Source: Neisseriaceae bacterium
GTDB lineage: Bacteria > Pseudomonadota > Gammaproteobacteria > Burkholderiales > Chromobacteriaceae
Assembly: GCA_027489245.1 (NCBI GenBank)
Contig: JAIYAC010000020.1
Span: 72,451 to 136,450 of the forward strand
Direction of reading: 5' to 3'
DNA: 64,000 nt
Shown: positions 9,097 through 19,938 of the stretch, in pieces
How positions within the stretch are numbered: the first letter of the stretch is position 1
Layout of the letters: every line of letters begins with the position of its first letter
Made by a program: the position numbers and the translations under genes
Notes under the pieces: model-generated
What the model was told of the DNA's origin: nothing
The model's input: the letters and a program-made list of their open reading frames with translations, nothing else
Database searches by the model: none

Positions 9097-10470
9097 TCAG
9101 GCACGGCGCCAGGTGGTGGCACCGGCGCTATCTTCCAGCACGATGCCGGCGGCGGTGAGCTCGTCGCGGATACGGTCGGATTCGGCCCAGTTCTTGGCGG
9201 CACGTGCATCCTTGCGCGCCTGGATCAGCGCCTCGACCTGTTCGGCACTCAGGCCGCCCTCGGCGCTATCGCCTTGCAGGAAAGCTTCCGGGTCGCGCTG
9301 CAGCAGGCCCAGCACACCGCCCAGGTCTTTCAGCAGGCGTGCCAGCGCCAGGTCTTTGCTCTTGTTCACTTCGCCAGCCAGCTCGAACAGTACCGACACC
9401 GCTTCGGAGGTGCCAAAGTCGTCGTCCATGGCTGCCTTGAAGCGTGCGGCGTACGGGTTGGCCCAGTCGATAGCGGTGCTAGCCGGCAGGTCCAGGCCGC
9501 GCAGCGCCGTGTACAGGCGGGTGAGGCCTTGCTTGGCATCGTTGAGGATGCCGTCGGTAAAGTTCACCGGGCTGCGGTAGTGGCTGCGCACGATAAAGAA
9601 ACGGATGACTTCGCCGTCGAAATGGCCCAGCACGTCGCGGATGGTAAAGAAGTTGCCCAGGCTCTTGGACATCTTGGTGCCATCCACATTGATAAAGCCG
9701 TTGTGCATCCAGTAGTTCACGTACTGGTGGCCGTGTGCGCCTTCACTTTGGGCAATTTCGTTCTCGTGGTGCGGGAACTGCAGGTCTTCGCCGCCACCGT
9801 GAATATCGAAATGCTCACCCAGGTGGTGGCAGCTCATGGCCGAGCACTCGATGTGCCAGCCAGGGCGGCCAGCGCCCCACGGGCTTTGCCACTGCGGCTC
9901 GCTCGGCTTGGCGGCTTTCCACAGCACAAAGTCGAACGGGTCGCGTTTGTTCGGATCCACGTCGATGCGCTCGCCGGCGCGCAGGCTTTCCAGCGTTTTG
10001 CCGGACAGCTTGCCGTAGCCGTCAAACTCGCGCACGGCGTAGTACACGTCGCCATTGGGCGCCGGGTAGGCCTTGCCACGGTGAATCAGCTTGCTGATGA
10101 TGTCCTGCATGCCGCCAATATGCTGGGTGGCGCGCGGCTCGAAGGTTGGCCGCAGCAGGCCCAGCGCTTCGGTATCGGCGTGCATGTCGGCGATGGTTTC
10201 TTCTACCAGCGCCTCGGCGGTAATGCCACGCTCGGCAGAACGCTTGATGATCTTGTCGTCAATATCGGTAATATTGCGCACATAGGTCACGTCGTAGTTG
10301 CTGGCAGCAAACCAGCGGTAGATCACGTCAAAGGCGGTGAGCATACGGGCGTGGCCGATATGGCACAGGTCGTAGACAGTCATGCCACACACGTACATCT
10401 TTACCTGGCCGGGTACGAGCGGTTTGAATTCTTCTTTCTGGCGGGTCAGTGTGTTATAGAGCTTGAGCAT
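9097..10470 (-). CDS. cysS: Cysteine--tRNA ligase
   Basis: [24 protein letters not shown] and KMSKS. Confidence 0.98.
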   Translation of the reverse strand: MLKLYNTLTRQKEEFKPLVPGQVKMYVCGMTVYDLCHIGHARMLTAFDVIYRWFAASNYDVTYVRNITDIDDKIIKRSAERGITAEALVEETIADMHADTEALGLLRPTFEPRATQHIGGMQDIISKLIHRGKAYPAPNGDVYYAVREFDGYGKLSGKTLESLRAGERIDVDPNKRDPFDFVLWKAAKPSEPQWQSPWGAGRPGWHIECSAMSCHHLGEHFDIHGGGEDLQFPHHENEIAQSEGAHGHQYVNYWMHNGFINVDGTKMSKSLGNFFTIRDVLGHFDGEVIRFFIVRSHYRSPVNFTDGILNDAKQGLTRLYTALRGLDLPASTAIDWANPYAARFKAAMDDDFGTSEAVSVLFELAGEVNKSKDLALARLLKDLGGVLGLLQRDPEAFLQGDSAEGGLSAEQVEALIQARKDARAAKNWAESDRIRDELTAAGIVLEDSAGATTWRRA

Positions 10471-10601
10471 GGCGTCTTAGCCTGTATCGGTTATCTAACG
10501 AACCGCTATTGTAGCAAAGCCGTCAAGCCCCTAGCGTGTAGCGTGGCCAGCCGCTGGCAGGCTTGGCCAAAACAACAAAACCAAGACAGGAGTAATGCAT
10601 T

Positions 10602-12380
10602 GTGAATTGGGGAAGCGAAGTGCTGGCCAGCCTGGTATGGCTGGGCGAGGCCATGGTGATTACCCTGCTGCTCAGCGGCGGCGCGCTGTGGCTGCTGACA
10701 CGCCACACGCAGTGGGGGCGACAGTTCTGGCAGCTATCGGGCGACTACTTTCAGCCGGGTAAACACGGCTGGCGGCCCTTGCTGAGCCTGCTGCTGATTG
10801 TGCTGGTCACCCTGGCCGGCGTGCGGCTGAGCGTGCTGTTTTCCAACTGGTACAACGGCATGTACACCGCGCTGCAAAAGCTGGACCAGAAAGCCTTCTG
10901 GGCGTCCATGCTGCTGTTTGCGGCGCTGGCCACGGCACACGTTGGCCGCGTGCTGTTTGAATATTACCTGCAGCAGGCGTTTGTAATCCGCTGGCGGCAG
11001 TGGCTGAACGAACGCCTGCTGGGGCAATGGCTGCAGGGTCAGGCTTACTACCGAAGCCACCATCTGGCGACCCCGGCGGATAACCCGGACCAGCGTATCC
11101 AGCAGGACATTACCAGCTTTGTCAGCAGCAGCCTGTCGCTGTCCATGGGCGTAATCGACGCGCTGGTGTCTACCTTCGAATTCACCATCATCCTGTGGGG
11201 GCTATCGGGCGCCCTGGCCATCTTCGGGGTGGAGATTCCACGCAGCACGGTATTCATTGCCTACCTCTACGTGATCATTGCCACGGTGTTTGCCTTCCGT
11301 ATTGGCCGCCCGCTGATCCGCCTGAATTTCCTGAACGAAAAACTCAATGCCGACTACCGCTACAGCCTGATGCGGGTACGCGAGTACAGCGAGAACATTG
11401 CTTTTTACCGCGGCGAGCAGGTAGAGGGCGCAGGCCTGCGCCATCGCTTTGGCGCAGTCATCGACAATATCTGGGCGCTGGTTTTCCAGAACCTGAAGCT
11501 GACCGGCTTCAACCTGACCGTGAGCCAGACTGGGGTGATTTTCCCCTTCTTGCTGCAGGCCAAGCGCTTTTTTGCCAAGGAAATCTCGCTGGGTGACATG
11601 GTGCAAACCGCCCAGGCATTTGGCCAGCTGCAAACCAACCTGTCGTTCTTTCGCACCTCGTACGACAACTTTGCCGAATACAAAGCCGTACTGGACCGCC
11701 TGACCGGCTTCCAGGACGCCTGCCAGCAAGCCGTACTGCTGCCGCAAGCGACGAGCAGCCACCTCGATAGCGGCCTGACGCTGCACAACCTCAACGTACG
11801 CCGGCCAGACCAGCAGCTGCTGATCGATACGCTGCAGCTGTCGCTGCACAGTGGTGACGCATTGCTGATACGCGGCCCGTCCGGTAGCGGCAAAACCACG
11901 CTGCTGCGCGCCATTGCCGGGCTGTGGCCGCATTGCGACGGCCAGATCGCCTACCCGCAGCAAGCCGCGCTGTTCTTGTCGCAGCGCCCCTACCTGCCGC
12001 TAGGCAGCTTGCGTGACGCGCTGAGCTACCCGCAAGCGGCCATTGCCGACAGCACCCGCATCAGCAGCGTGCTGCAAGCCGTGCAGCTGGGGCAGCTGGC
12101 CAGCCGCCTGGACGAGGTAGCCGACTGGAGCCGCATCCTGTCGCTGGGCGAGCAGCAACGGCTGGCCTTTGGCCGCCTGCTGTTGGCCGCACCGAAAGTG
12201 GCTTTCCTGGACGAAGCCACGTCGGCCATGGATGAAGGGCTGGAAGACGCGCTGTACCGCCTGGTACGCAGCCAGCTGCCGGACACCGTGCTGGTAAGCG
12301 TAGGCCACCGCAGCACCCTGCAGGCGCACCATAGCCACCAACTACAGCTACACGGCGAAGGGCGCTGGCAGCTGCTGTAG
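10602..12380 (+). CDS. ABC transporter fused permease/ATPase, YddA/BacA-like
   Basis: DNPDQRI, Walker A GPSGSGKT, LSLGEQQR, LDEATSA and SVGHR. Confidence 0.9.
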   Translation: MNWGSEVLASLVWLGEAMVITLLLSGGALWLLTRHTQWGRQFWQLSGDYFQPGKHGWRPLLSLLLIVLVTLAGVRLSVLFSNWYNGMYTALQKLDQKAFWASMLLFAALATAHVGRVLFEYYLQQAFVIRWRQWLNERLLGQWLQGQAYYRSHHLATPADNPDQRIQQDITSFVSSSLSLSMGVIDALVSTFEFTIILWGLSGALAIFGVEIPRSTVFIAYLYVIIATVFAFRIGRPLIRLNFLNEKLNADYRYSLMRVREYSENIAFYRGEQVEGAGLRHRFGAVIDNIWALVFQNLKLTGFNLTVSQTGVIFPFLLQAKRFFAKEISLGDMVQTAQAFGQLQTNLSFFRTSYDNFAEYKAVLDRLTGFQDACQQAVLLPQATSSHLDSGLTLHNLNVRRPDQQLLIDTLQLSLHSGDALLIRGPSGSGKTTLLRAIAGLWPHCDGQIAYPQQAALFLSQRPYLPLGSLRDALSYPQAAIADSTRISSVLQAVQLGQLASRLDEVADWSRILSLGEQQRLAFGRLLLAAPKVAFLDEATSAMDEGLEDALYRLVRSQLPDTVLVSVGHRSTLQAHHSHQLQLHGEGRWQLL

Positions 12381-12539
12381 CGGCCCGCCACACACCACAC
12401 CATGCAAGCCGGGCAGCCTGATCTGGCCGGCTTGCCTGTTTCACAACAGAAACCTGTGCTAGCAAGTTAACGTTATATAAATACTGTTAAATTATTCATA
12501 ATGGGTGATAATTTAACCTTGGCCCTCTGCGAGATACCC

Positions 12540-13925
12540 ATGACAGCCCCTTCTTCCTGTGGCCCCTTGCTGGCAGCACTCAGCGCCCTGCTGGGCGACC
12601 GCATCTCCACCAGCGACGCCGTGCGTGCCCACCACGGGCACGATGAATCTTGCCACCCGGACGCGCTCCCCGATGCGGTAGTGTGGCCACACAGCACCGC
12701 CGAGGTCAGTGCCATCGCCTGCTTGTGCAGCCAGCACGGCATACCGATGATCCCCTACGGTGCCGGCAGCTCGGTAGAAGGCCACACCCTGGCGATCCAT
12801 GGCGGTATCAGTATTGACCTGTCGCAGATGCAGCGCATCGTGGCGGTACACGAAGCCGACCTGACCGCCACGGTAGAGGCCGGCGTGACCCGCATGCAGC
12901 TCAACCGCGAGCTGCGCCACAGCGGGCTGTTCTTTCCCATCGACCCAGGCGCCGATGCCACGCTGGGCGGCATGACCGCCACCCGCGCCAGCGGCACCAA
13001 CGCGGTACGCTATGGCACCATGCGCGAAAACGTGCTGGCGCTCACTGCCGTACTGGCCAGCGGCGAGGTGGTACACACCGGCACCCGGGCACGCAAATCC
13101 TCTGCCGGCTATGACCTGACCCGCCTGCTGGTGGGCTCCGAAGGCACGCTGGCCATCATTACCGAAGTCACCGTGCGCCTGTATGGCATGCCGGAGGCGA
13201 TGTCGGCTGCGGTGGTGAACTTCGACAGCGTAGCCGGTGCAGTAGACACCGTTATCCAGAGCATCCAGTACGGCATTCCACTGGCCCGCGCCGAAATGCT
13301 GGACGCGCTCACCATGCAAGCGGTGAACCGCCACAGCCGTACCGACTACCCCGAACGCCCCACCCTGTTTCTGGAGTTTCACGGCACCAGTGCCGGCGTG
13401 GCCGAGCAAGCCGCAATGGTAGGCGAGCTGGCCGCGGCCAACGGCGGCGGCGGTTTTGCCTGGGCCACGCGCGACGAAGAACGCAACCGCCTGTGGCAAG
13501 CGCGCCATAACGCCTACTTTGCCGGCTTGCAGCTCCAGCCTGGCAGCCGCTGCGTGGCGACCGATGTTTGCGTGCCGATTTCCCGCCTGACCGAGTGCAT
13601 AGAAGCCACCTATGCCGACCTGCGTGCCCAAGGCATGCAAGCGCCGCTGTTCGGCCACGTGGGGGATGGCAACTTTCACCTGATGCTGCTGGTACAGCCC
13701 GGCGATGAGGCGGCCATGGCACAGGCCAAAACCGTGAACCACCGCCTGATACAACGGGCACAGGAGATGGAAGGCACCTGCACCGGCGAACACGGCATCG
13801 GTATCGGCAAGCAAGCTTATCTGGCCGCCGAGGCCGGCACGCACGGCATCGCCATGATGCGCGCCATCAAGCAGGCACTGGACCCGGCGCAGCTGCTCAA
13901 CCCCGGAAAAATCTTCTCGCGCTAG
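12540..13925 (+). CDS. FAD-linked oxidase (D-lactate dehydrogenase/GlcD family)
   Basis: FFPIDPGA.ATLGG, SSAGYDLT..GSEGTL, GHVGDGNFH and TGEHGIG. Confidence 0.9.
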   Translation: MTAPSSCGPLLAALSALLGDRISTSDAVRAHHGHDESCHPDALPDAVVWPHSTAEVSAIACLCSQHGIPMIPYGAGSSVEGHTLAIHGGISIDLSQMQRIVAVHEADLTATVEAGVTRMQLNRELRHSGLFFPIDPGADATLGGMTATRASGTNAVRYGTMRENVLALTAVLASGEVVHTGTRARKSSAGYDLTRLLVGSEGTLAIITEVTVRLYGMPEAMSAAVVNFDSVAGAVDTVIQSIQYGIPLARAEMLDALTMQAVNRHSRTDYPERPTLFLEFHGTSAGVAEQAAMVGELAAANGGGGFAWATRDEERNRLWQARHNAYFAGLQLQPGSRCVATDVCVPISRLTECIEATYADLRAQGMQAPLFGHVGDGNFHLMLLVQPGDEAAMAQAKTVNHRLIQRAQEMEGTCTGEHGIGIGKQAYLAAEAGTHGIAMMRAIKQALDPAQLLNPGKIFSR

Positions 13926-13926
13926 C

Positions 13927-15090
13927 ATGGCCATGCAGGATAAACCCTACCGTATGGCGCGGTTCCATACCCGGCAGGATCAGCAAGCGCTGGTCGCCAG
14001 GCGTACGGCTGCGCTACTGGTTGGCAGCATCTTCACGCTGATGTTCTGCCTGGAGTACGTGCAGAACTACGCCCACTGGCAGAGCATTCTGGTGCCACGC
14101 GTCATCGGCATAGGCTGGGCATTTGGCACCCTCACCCTGATGCATGGCCGACATGCACGACAGTGGGGCAATGCATTCCATGTTGGCTGCGGCCTGGTCT
14201 ACCCCCTCACCGTGGTATGGTTCGGCTATGAGCTGAACCGGATTGGCATCAGTTATCTATCCATGACGCAGGGTTTTGCCGTGATAGACCTGGTGTTGAT
14301 CGCCACCACATCACGCTTCCGGCTGCTATGCATCGCCTCCGTCTGCAACTGGCTCATTGCCATTGCGTCCCTGTTGCTATTCGACCTGTCCAGCTTTGCC
14401 GTCGCGACCGTGATAGAGAATGTCACCATCAGCATGCTGCTCAGCCTGGCGGTGGGGCGCATCATGTGCAAGCAGGCACGGCGCAACTACGACAACCTGC
14501 GCTTGCTGAAAAATGCGCGGCAGCGGGCCGAACAAGCCATGCGCCAACTCGCCAGCAGCCACCGCGAAATGCAGCACATGGCCGACCGCGACCTGCTTAC
14601 CGGCCTGTATAACCGTCGGGCAGGCATACGGCATATCAGCCAGCTGGTGGAACAGGCTAGCGGCCAAGGGGAAAAAGCCCTGCTGGAAATCGACCTGGAC
14701 CGCTTTAAACCCATCAATGACCAATACGGCCACAAGGCAGGTGATGTCGTGCTGCAGATCACGGCAGAACGCCTGCTGACCACGCTGCAACAGCAGGATG
14801 TCTGCTGCCGTTTTGGTGGCGATGAATTCATCGTGGCGCTGTGCCGGGACAGCAGCCAGGCGATCCGCCGCACCATCGATGCGCTGGACTACGAGCTAAG
14901 CCGCCCTATCGCGCTGCCATCCGGCGTACTGGTATCGGTCAGTGCCAGCATCGGCTACTGCGCTATCGATGCACAAAGCAAGCTGGAAGCACTGATCGAG
15001 CAAGCCGACAATGCCATGTATCTGAAAAAGCGCGAACGTAGCTGCGACCAACAGCTGCCCTTTGCCGAGCGGCGGCAGCAGCGCACGTAG
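13927..15090 (+). CDS. Membrane-anchored diguanylate cyclase
   Basis: About 6 TM segments, a coiled coil, DLLTGLYNRR, DLDRFK.IND.YGH and an intact RFGGDEF. Confidence 0.88.
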   Translation: MAMQDKPYRMARFHTRQDQQALVARRTAALLVGSIFTLMFCLEYVQNYAHWQSILVPRVIGIGWAFGTLTLMHGRHARQWGNAFHVGCGLVYPLTVVWFGYELNRIGISYLSMTQGFAVIDLVLIATTSRFRLLCIASVCNWLIAIASLLLFDLSSFAVATVIENVTISMLLSLAVGRIMCKQARRNYDNLRLLKNARQRAEQAMRQLASSHREMQHMADRDLLTGLYNRRAGIRHISQLVEQASGQGEKALLEIDLDRFKPINDQYGHKAGDVVLQITAERLLTTLQQQDVCCRFGGDEFIVALCRDSSQAIRRTIDALDYELSRPIALPSGVLVSVSASIGYCAIDAQSKLEALIEQADNAMYLKKRERSCDQQLPFAERRQQRT

Positions 15091-15153
15091 CGCTAGCCGC
15101 CAGACACGGCAGGCACTACACTGCCGCCAGACTTTTGCCGCAGGAAGAATGAC

Positions 15154-15549
15154 TTGGCCCAGCTCCACCCGGATGACGTGACCTTTACCGCCATACGCGC
15201 CCAGGGCGCGGGTGGGCAGAACGTGAACAAGGTGTCGTCCGCCATTCACCTGCGCTTTGATATCCGCGCCTCGCGCCTGCCAGACAGCCTGAAAGAAAAG
15301 CTGCTGGCCTGCAGCGACCAGCGCATCAACAAAGACGGCGTGGTAATCATCAAGGCGCAGCAGTACCGCACACAAGAGCAAAACCGCCATGATGCACTGC
15401 AGCGTCTGCAGGCCATGATCGATGCGGCCAACATCACGATAAAAGCACGCAAGGCCACCAAACCGACCTGGGGCAGCCAGCAGCGCCGGTTGGCAGGCAA
15501 ATGCAATCGCGGTAGCATCAAGGCCATGCGCGGGAAAGTAGACTACTGA
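15154..15549 (+). CDS. arfB: Alternative ribosome rescue factor B
   Basis: [11 protein letters not shown] (GGQ) and a basic C-terminal tail; TTG start after AGGAAG. Confidence 0.92.
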   Translation: MAQLHPDDVTFTAIRAQGAGGQNVNKVSSAIHLRFDIRASRLPDSLKEKLLACSDQRINKDGVVIIKAQQYRTQEQNRHDALQRLQAMIDAANITIKARKATKPTWGSQQRRLAGKCNRGSIKAMRGKVDY

Positions 15550-15565
15550 CATGTTGCACTGCGGC

Positions 15566-15581
15566 TGGCAATCCGGCTGCA
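15566..15581 (+). promoter_or_regulatory. Putative sigma54 promoter of motA
   Basis: TGGCAATCCGGCTGCA has GG-N10-GC spacing, 56 nt upstream of the ATG. Confidence 0.45.
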
Positions 15582-15637
15582 TCTGTCCTTAAATTCACTC
15601 ACATCCACGCCTTGCACACTTAGGGGAACGCAGGCTC

Positions 15638-16498
15638 ATGAACGTTGGTATCGGTTACGCAATTGCGCTGATTTGCATTTTTGGCGCCTACATCATTCAC
15701 GGCGGCGACATCATGGTGATTGTCCATGCGCTGCCTACCGAATTGATGGCCATTCTGGGCGGTGCCATTGGTGCCTTTGTGGTATCCAACCAGGGCAAAA
15801 CGCTCAAAGCGGTAAAGGGCGCCCTGCCTACGCTGTTCAAAGGCTCGCCTTACACCAAGGCCCGCTATATGGACTTGCTGGGCATGCTGTTCGAAATTCT
15901 GGTGAAGATTCGTAAAGAAGGCCTGATGTCGGTAGAAAAAGACATCGAAGACCCGCACAGCAGCGCCGTGTTCTCCAAATACGAAGCCATCGCCCACGAC
16001 CACCACGTGATGGACTTCATCACCGACTACCTGCGCATCATGGTGTCCGGCAACCTGAACGCGATGGAAATCGAAAACCTGATGGATATCGAAATCGAAA
16101 CCCACCACCACGAAGGCCATGCGCCTGCCGCGGCCATTACCCGCTTGGGCGATGCGCTGCCGGCTTTCGGTATTGTGGCGGCGGTGCTGGGTGTGGTGAA
16201 CACCATGGGCTCGGTGGGCCAGCCCCCGGCCGTACTGGGCGGCATGATCGGCTCGGCCCTGGTGGGGACCTTCCTGGGTATTTTGCTGGCCTACGGTATC
16301 GTGGCGCCGCTGGGGACCTTGCTGGAACAGAAACTGGACGAGAGCTCCAAGGAATTCCAGTGCATCAAGACCGTGCTGCTGGCCAGCATGCAGGGTTACG
16401 CCCCGCAAACTGCCGTCGAGTTTGGCCGCAAGGTGCTGTACTCCACCGAGCGCCCTACCTTCCAGGAGCTGGAAGAAAGCATCAAAGGCAAGAAATAA
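15638..16498 (+). CDS. motA: Flagellar stator protein MotA
   Basis: RKEGLMSVE.DIEDP, LPAFGIVAAVLGV, ALVGTFLGILLAYG and AVEFGRK. Confidence 0.95.
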   Translation: MNVGIGYAIALICIFGAYIIHGGDIMVIVHALPTELMAILGGAIGAFVVSNQGKTLKAVKGALPTLFKGSPYTKARYMDLLGMLFEILVKIRKEGLMSVEKDIEDPHSSAVFSKYEAIAHDHHVMDFITDYLRIMVSGNLNAMEIENLMDIEIETHHHEGHAPAAAITRLGDALPAFGIVAAVLGVVNTMGSVGQPPAVLGGMIGSALVGTFLGILLAYGIVAPLGTLLEQKLDESSKEFQCIKTVLLASMQGYAPQTAVEFGRKVLYSTERPTFQELEESIKGKK

Positions 16499-16517
16499 CC
16501 TGCTTCATGCCGACAAC

Positions 16518-16546
16518 AGCGCCCTGCGGGGCGCTTTTTTTTTTTT
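16518..16546 (+). terminator. motA terminator
   Basis: AGCGCCC-tgcg-GGGCGCT followed by a long T tract. Confidence 0.85.
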
Positions 16547-16615
16547 GGCCAGATGCGCATTGACAGCCCGGCGCCAGGCTTTTTAAATGGGCGGCCCTTA
16601 CCGGAAAGCCACCCC

Positions 16616-17269
16616 ATGACGCACGATCTGACACACTGGCAAAGCCACTGCCGCCAGCTGGCCGGCCACCACGCCGGCAACGACGGCGCCCACGACCTGG
16701 CCCACCTGCAACGCGTATGGCAAAGCGCCAGCCAGCTGCTGGCCAGCTACCCGCAAGCCGACGCGCTGGTCGTGATGGCAGCCTGCTACCTGCACGACCT
16801 GGTCAACCTGCCCAAGAACCACCCGGAACGCCACCTGGCCTCCCGCCAGGCTGCCGCGCTGGCGTGCCGCGAGCTAGCGGCCGCCGGCTTTCCCGCCGAC
16901 AAGTTGGCCGCAGTAGGCCACGCCATCGAGGCGCACAGTTTTTCTGCCGCCATTACCCCGCAAACCCTGGAAGCGCAAATCGTACAGGATGCCGACCGGC
17001 TGGATGCCCTGGGCGCAGTCGGGCTGGCCAGGCTGTTTTACACCGCCGGCAAAATGGACAGCCAGCTGGCACACCCGGACGACCCGCAAGCCAGACAGCG
17101 CCCGCAGGACGACCGCCGCTACGCGCTGGACCACATTACCGTGAAGCTGGCCACCCTGCCCGCAACCATGCAAACCGACGCCGGCCGCGCACTGGGCGAA
17201 CAGCGCCTGGCCTGGGTAATGCAGTTCCGCGAGACCTTTCTGGCGGAATGGGGCACCACCCCACCCTGA
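16616..17269 (+). CDS. HD-domain phosphohydrolase (YedJ-like)
   Basis: AHDLAHLQRV, LHDLV, IEAHSFSA and QDADRLDALGAVG. Confidence 0.88.
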   Translation: MTHDLTHWQSHCRQLAGHHAGNDGAHDLAHLQRVWQSASQLLASYPQADALVVMAACYLHDLVNLPKNHPERHLASRQAAALACRELAAAGFPADKLAAVGHAIEAHSFSAAITPQTLEAQIVQDADRLDALGAVGLARLFYTAGKMDSQLAHPDDPQARQRPQDDRRYALDHITVKLATLPATMQTDAGRALGEQRLAWVMQFRETFLAEWGTTPP

Positions 17270-17383
17270 ATGCACGCGGGCAGCGCCCGCGGCAGCCTGC
17301 GGCCAACCTGGGCCACAGGCACCGGCAGCAGGGTGGCAAAGACCACCCGCGCCACCATCCCCACCACAACACCTGTGATAACA

Positions 17384-18298
17384 ATGGACATTCAGCAACT
17401 GATAGACGACATCGCCCGCGATGTTACCCCCTACCTGCCGGGCGGCAAGCCGGCAGACTACATTCCGGCCCTGGCGGGTGAAAGTGCCGAACAGTTTGCC
17501 ATGGCGGTTTCCACGCTGGACGGGCAACACTTCCACACCGGCCTGGCAGACAAGCGCTTTTCCATCCAGAGCATCTCCAAGGCTTTCATGCTGGCACACA
17601 CGCTGGCGCAAAGCGGCGAATCGCTGTGGCAACGGGTAGGCAAAGAGCCGTCCGGCAACCCGTTCAACTCCCTGGTGCAGCTGGAATACGAACAGGGCAT
17701 ACCGCGCAACCCCTTCATCAATGCCGGCGCACTGGTGGTCACCGACATCGCCCTGAGCCAGCAAGGCGACAGCAGCGCGGCACTGCGCACCTTCCTGCGC
17801 GAGGAAAGCGGCGAGCAGGCGCTGGATTTTGACTACGTGATTGCCTCGTCCGAGGCCGAGCACGGCCACCGCAACGCCGCGCTGGCACACTTCATGAAAA
17901 GCTGCGGCAATATCCGCAACCCGGTAGACCAGGTGCTAGCGCACTACTTCCGTGCCTGCAGCCTGCGCATGTCGGTACGCGAGCTGGCCCGCGCCGGCCT
18001 GTTTCTGGCCAACCACGGCGCGTCACCGGTCAGCGGCCAGCAACGCCTGAGCCGTAGCCAGGCCAAGCAGGTGAACGCCATCATGCTGACCTGCGGCACT
18101 TACGACGCCGCAGGCGAGTTTGCCTACCGCGTCGGCTTACCGTGCAAGAGTGGCGTGGGCGGCGGCATTCTGGCCATCCTGCCAGGCAAGATGAGCATTG
18201 CCGTATGGAGCCCGGGGCTGGATGCCCGTGGCAACTCGCTGGCCGGGCTGGAGGCGCTAGACCGCTTTACCACCCGCAGCGGCGAATCGGTGTTCTGA
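17384..18298 (+). CDS. Glutaminase
   Basis: ADYIPAL, FSIQSISK, GKEPSG.PFNS, NPFINAGA and KSGVGGGI. Confidence 0.95.
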   Translation: MDIQQLIDDIARDVTPYLPGGKPADYIPALAGESAEQFAMAVSTLDGQHFHTGLADKRFSIQSISKAFMLAHTLAQSGESLWQRVGKEPSGNPFNSLVQLEYEQGIPRNPFINAGALVVTDIALSQQGDSSAALRTFLREESGEQALDFDYVIASSEAEHGHRNAALAHFMKSCGNIRNPVDQVLAHYFRACSLRMSVRELARAGLFLANHGASPVSGQQRLSRSQAKQVNAIMLTCGTYDAAGEFAYRVGLPCKSGVGGGILAILPGKMSIAVWSPGLDARGNSLAGLEALDRFTTRSGESVF

Positions 18299-18311
18299 TA
18301 GTGTTCTGATG

Positions 18312-18352
18312 AAGGTTGGCCGCCTACACCACCACGGCATGCGGCCAACCTT
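18312..18352. repeat. Inverted pair of the repeat between convergent genes
   Basis: AAGGTTGGCCGC-17 nt-GCGGCCAACCTT. Confidence 0.9.
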
Positions 18353-18372
18353 TGGCCTGGCAAGCCATATCC

Positions 18373-19131
18373 CTAATACCGCGCCTGCGCCTCGGCCAGC
18401 AAACGGTTCAGGCTGCGGTCCTGCTTCATGCGCCGCAGCGTCTGGTTGATGCGCGTGATCAGCGCCTGCGCCTGCGGGTGCTGGCGCGCAATGGCAAAGT
18501 GGTTCGGGTCTTGCATGATCGGCAGGCTGACAATACGCAGCTGCTCGATGGGAATACCCGCCTGACGGGCGTTGTAGCGCACGGCATGGGCGCCGCCGGC
18601 AATCACGGCAGCGTCCAGCCTGCCCGCTATCAACATCTGCAGACGCTGGGCTGGCCCGCCGTCTTCGTTGATCCGCATGGATGGCATGGCGGTATTGAAG
18701 GCATCACTAAAACGCGATGCCCGGGTGGTACCCACCCGCCGCCCGGCCAGGTCGGTAGGGTGATGAAAAGCAAAGGGGCGTGCCGCAGCCTGTACCAGCA
18801 CCACCGGGTCGTCCATCACCACGCTGGAAAACAGCATCTGCGCTTCGCGCTCCGGCGTACGGGAAAACACCGGCGCCATGATGCCCTTCCCCGCGGCCAC
18901 CTCTTGTATGGCACGCGCCCAGGGCAGGCAGCGCGCTTCGGCCTCGATACCCGCCTGTTTCAAAATGGCCAGCCCCAGCTCCACGCCATAACCGCGCGGC
19001 TGGCCATACTCTGCATAGTGCTTGGGCACCGTGTGCTCGCTGCAGTACATGCGCAGCGGCTCGGCCTGCACAGGCATGAGCAAGCAAAAGAAAAAGCCTG
19101 CTAGGCAGGCTTTGGGCAGCTTGGTGGCCAA
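18373..19131 (-). CDS. Extracellular solute-binding protein (family 3-like)
   Basis: Signal peptide, LPWARA, SRTPERE, DLAGRRVG and MLIAGRLD. Start uncertain. Confidence 0.75.
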   Translation of the reverse strand: MATKLPKACLAGFFFCLLMPVQAEPLRMYCSEHTVPKHYAEYGQPRGYGVELGLAILKQAGIEAEARCLPWARAIQEVAAGKGIMAPVFSRTPEREAQMLFSSVVMDDPVVLVQAAARPFAFHHPTDLAGRRVGTTRASRFSDAFNTAMPSMRINEDGGPAQRLQMLIAGRLDAAVIAGGAHAVRYNARQAGIPIEQLRIVSLPIMQDPNHFAIARQHPQAQALITRINQTLRRMKQDRSLNRLLAEAQARY

Positions 19132-19133
19132 GC

Positions 19134-19859
19134 TTAGTCGTCCAGCACGGCCGAGGTGTATACCTCTTGCACGTCGTCCAGGTCTTCCAGCGCGTCCAGC
19201 AGCTTTTGCATACGCACGGCGTCGTCGCCGGCCAGCACGCTTTCATTTTGCGGGCGCATGGTCACTTCGCCCATTTCCGACTTGAAGCCGGCGGCTTCCA
19301 GCTCGCCCTTGATGCGGGTGAACTCATACGGCGGGGTAATCACTTCCAGCGAGCCGTCGTCGTTGCTGACCACGTCGTCGGCACCGGCTTCCAGTGCCTT
19401 TTCCATCAGCGCATCTTCGTCGGTACCCGGCGCAAACACCAGGTAACCGCAGTGGGTGAACTGGAATGCCACGCAGCCGTCGGTGCCCATATTGCCACCG
19501 TATTTGGAGAAGGCATGGCGCACGTCGGCCACGGTACGGGTTTTGTTGTCGGTCAGGCAGTCCACCATCACGGCTGCGCCGCCAATGCCGTAACCTTCGT
19601 AACGGCATTCTAGGTAATCCACGCCTTCCAGCGTGCCGGCACCACGGTCGATGGCGCGCTGGATGTTGTCCTTGGGCATGTTGGCATCCCAAGCCTTATC
19701 CACCGCCAGACGCAGGCGCGGGTTGGAATCGATGTCGGCGCCGCCCATTTTGGCAGCAACGGTGATTTCCTTGATCAGACGGGTAAAGATTTTGCCGCGC
19801 TTGGCGTCAGCGCGTTCCTTCTTGTGCTTGATATTCGCCCATTTACTGTGGCCAGCCAT
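19134..19859 (-). CDS. yebC: YebC/PmpR family protein
   Basis: [14 protein letters not shown]...[11 protein letters not shown]. Confidence 0.96.
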   Translation of the reverse strand: MAGHSKWANIKHKKERADAKRGKIFTRLIKEITVAAKMGGADIDSNPRLRLAVDKAWDANMPKDNIQRAIDRGAGTLEGVDYLECRYEGYGIGGAAVMVDCLTDNKTRTVADVRHAFSKYGGNMGTDGCVAFQFTHCGYLVFAPGTDEDALMEKALEAGADDVVSNDDGSLEVITPPYEFTRIKGELEAAGFKSEMGEVTMRPQNESVLAGDDAVRMQKLLDALEDLDDVQEVYTSAVLDD

Positions 19860-19938
19860 AAAAGCCTCGGTTTCAGTGTGTTGGCAGCCTGCCACCGGCA
19901 AGCCGCAAAAATTTTCAGTGCGGGATTCTAGCAAAAAG

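Noticed and set aside
15590-15616. sigma28 promoter for motA (TAAA-N15-GCCTTGCA)
   Set aside because: The -10 element is a poor match to GCCGATAA; the sigma54-type motif fits better.
16535-16546. T12 homopolymer as a phase-variation tract
   Set aside because: It is the U tract of the motA terminator and lies outside any CDS.
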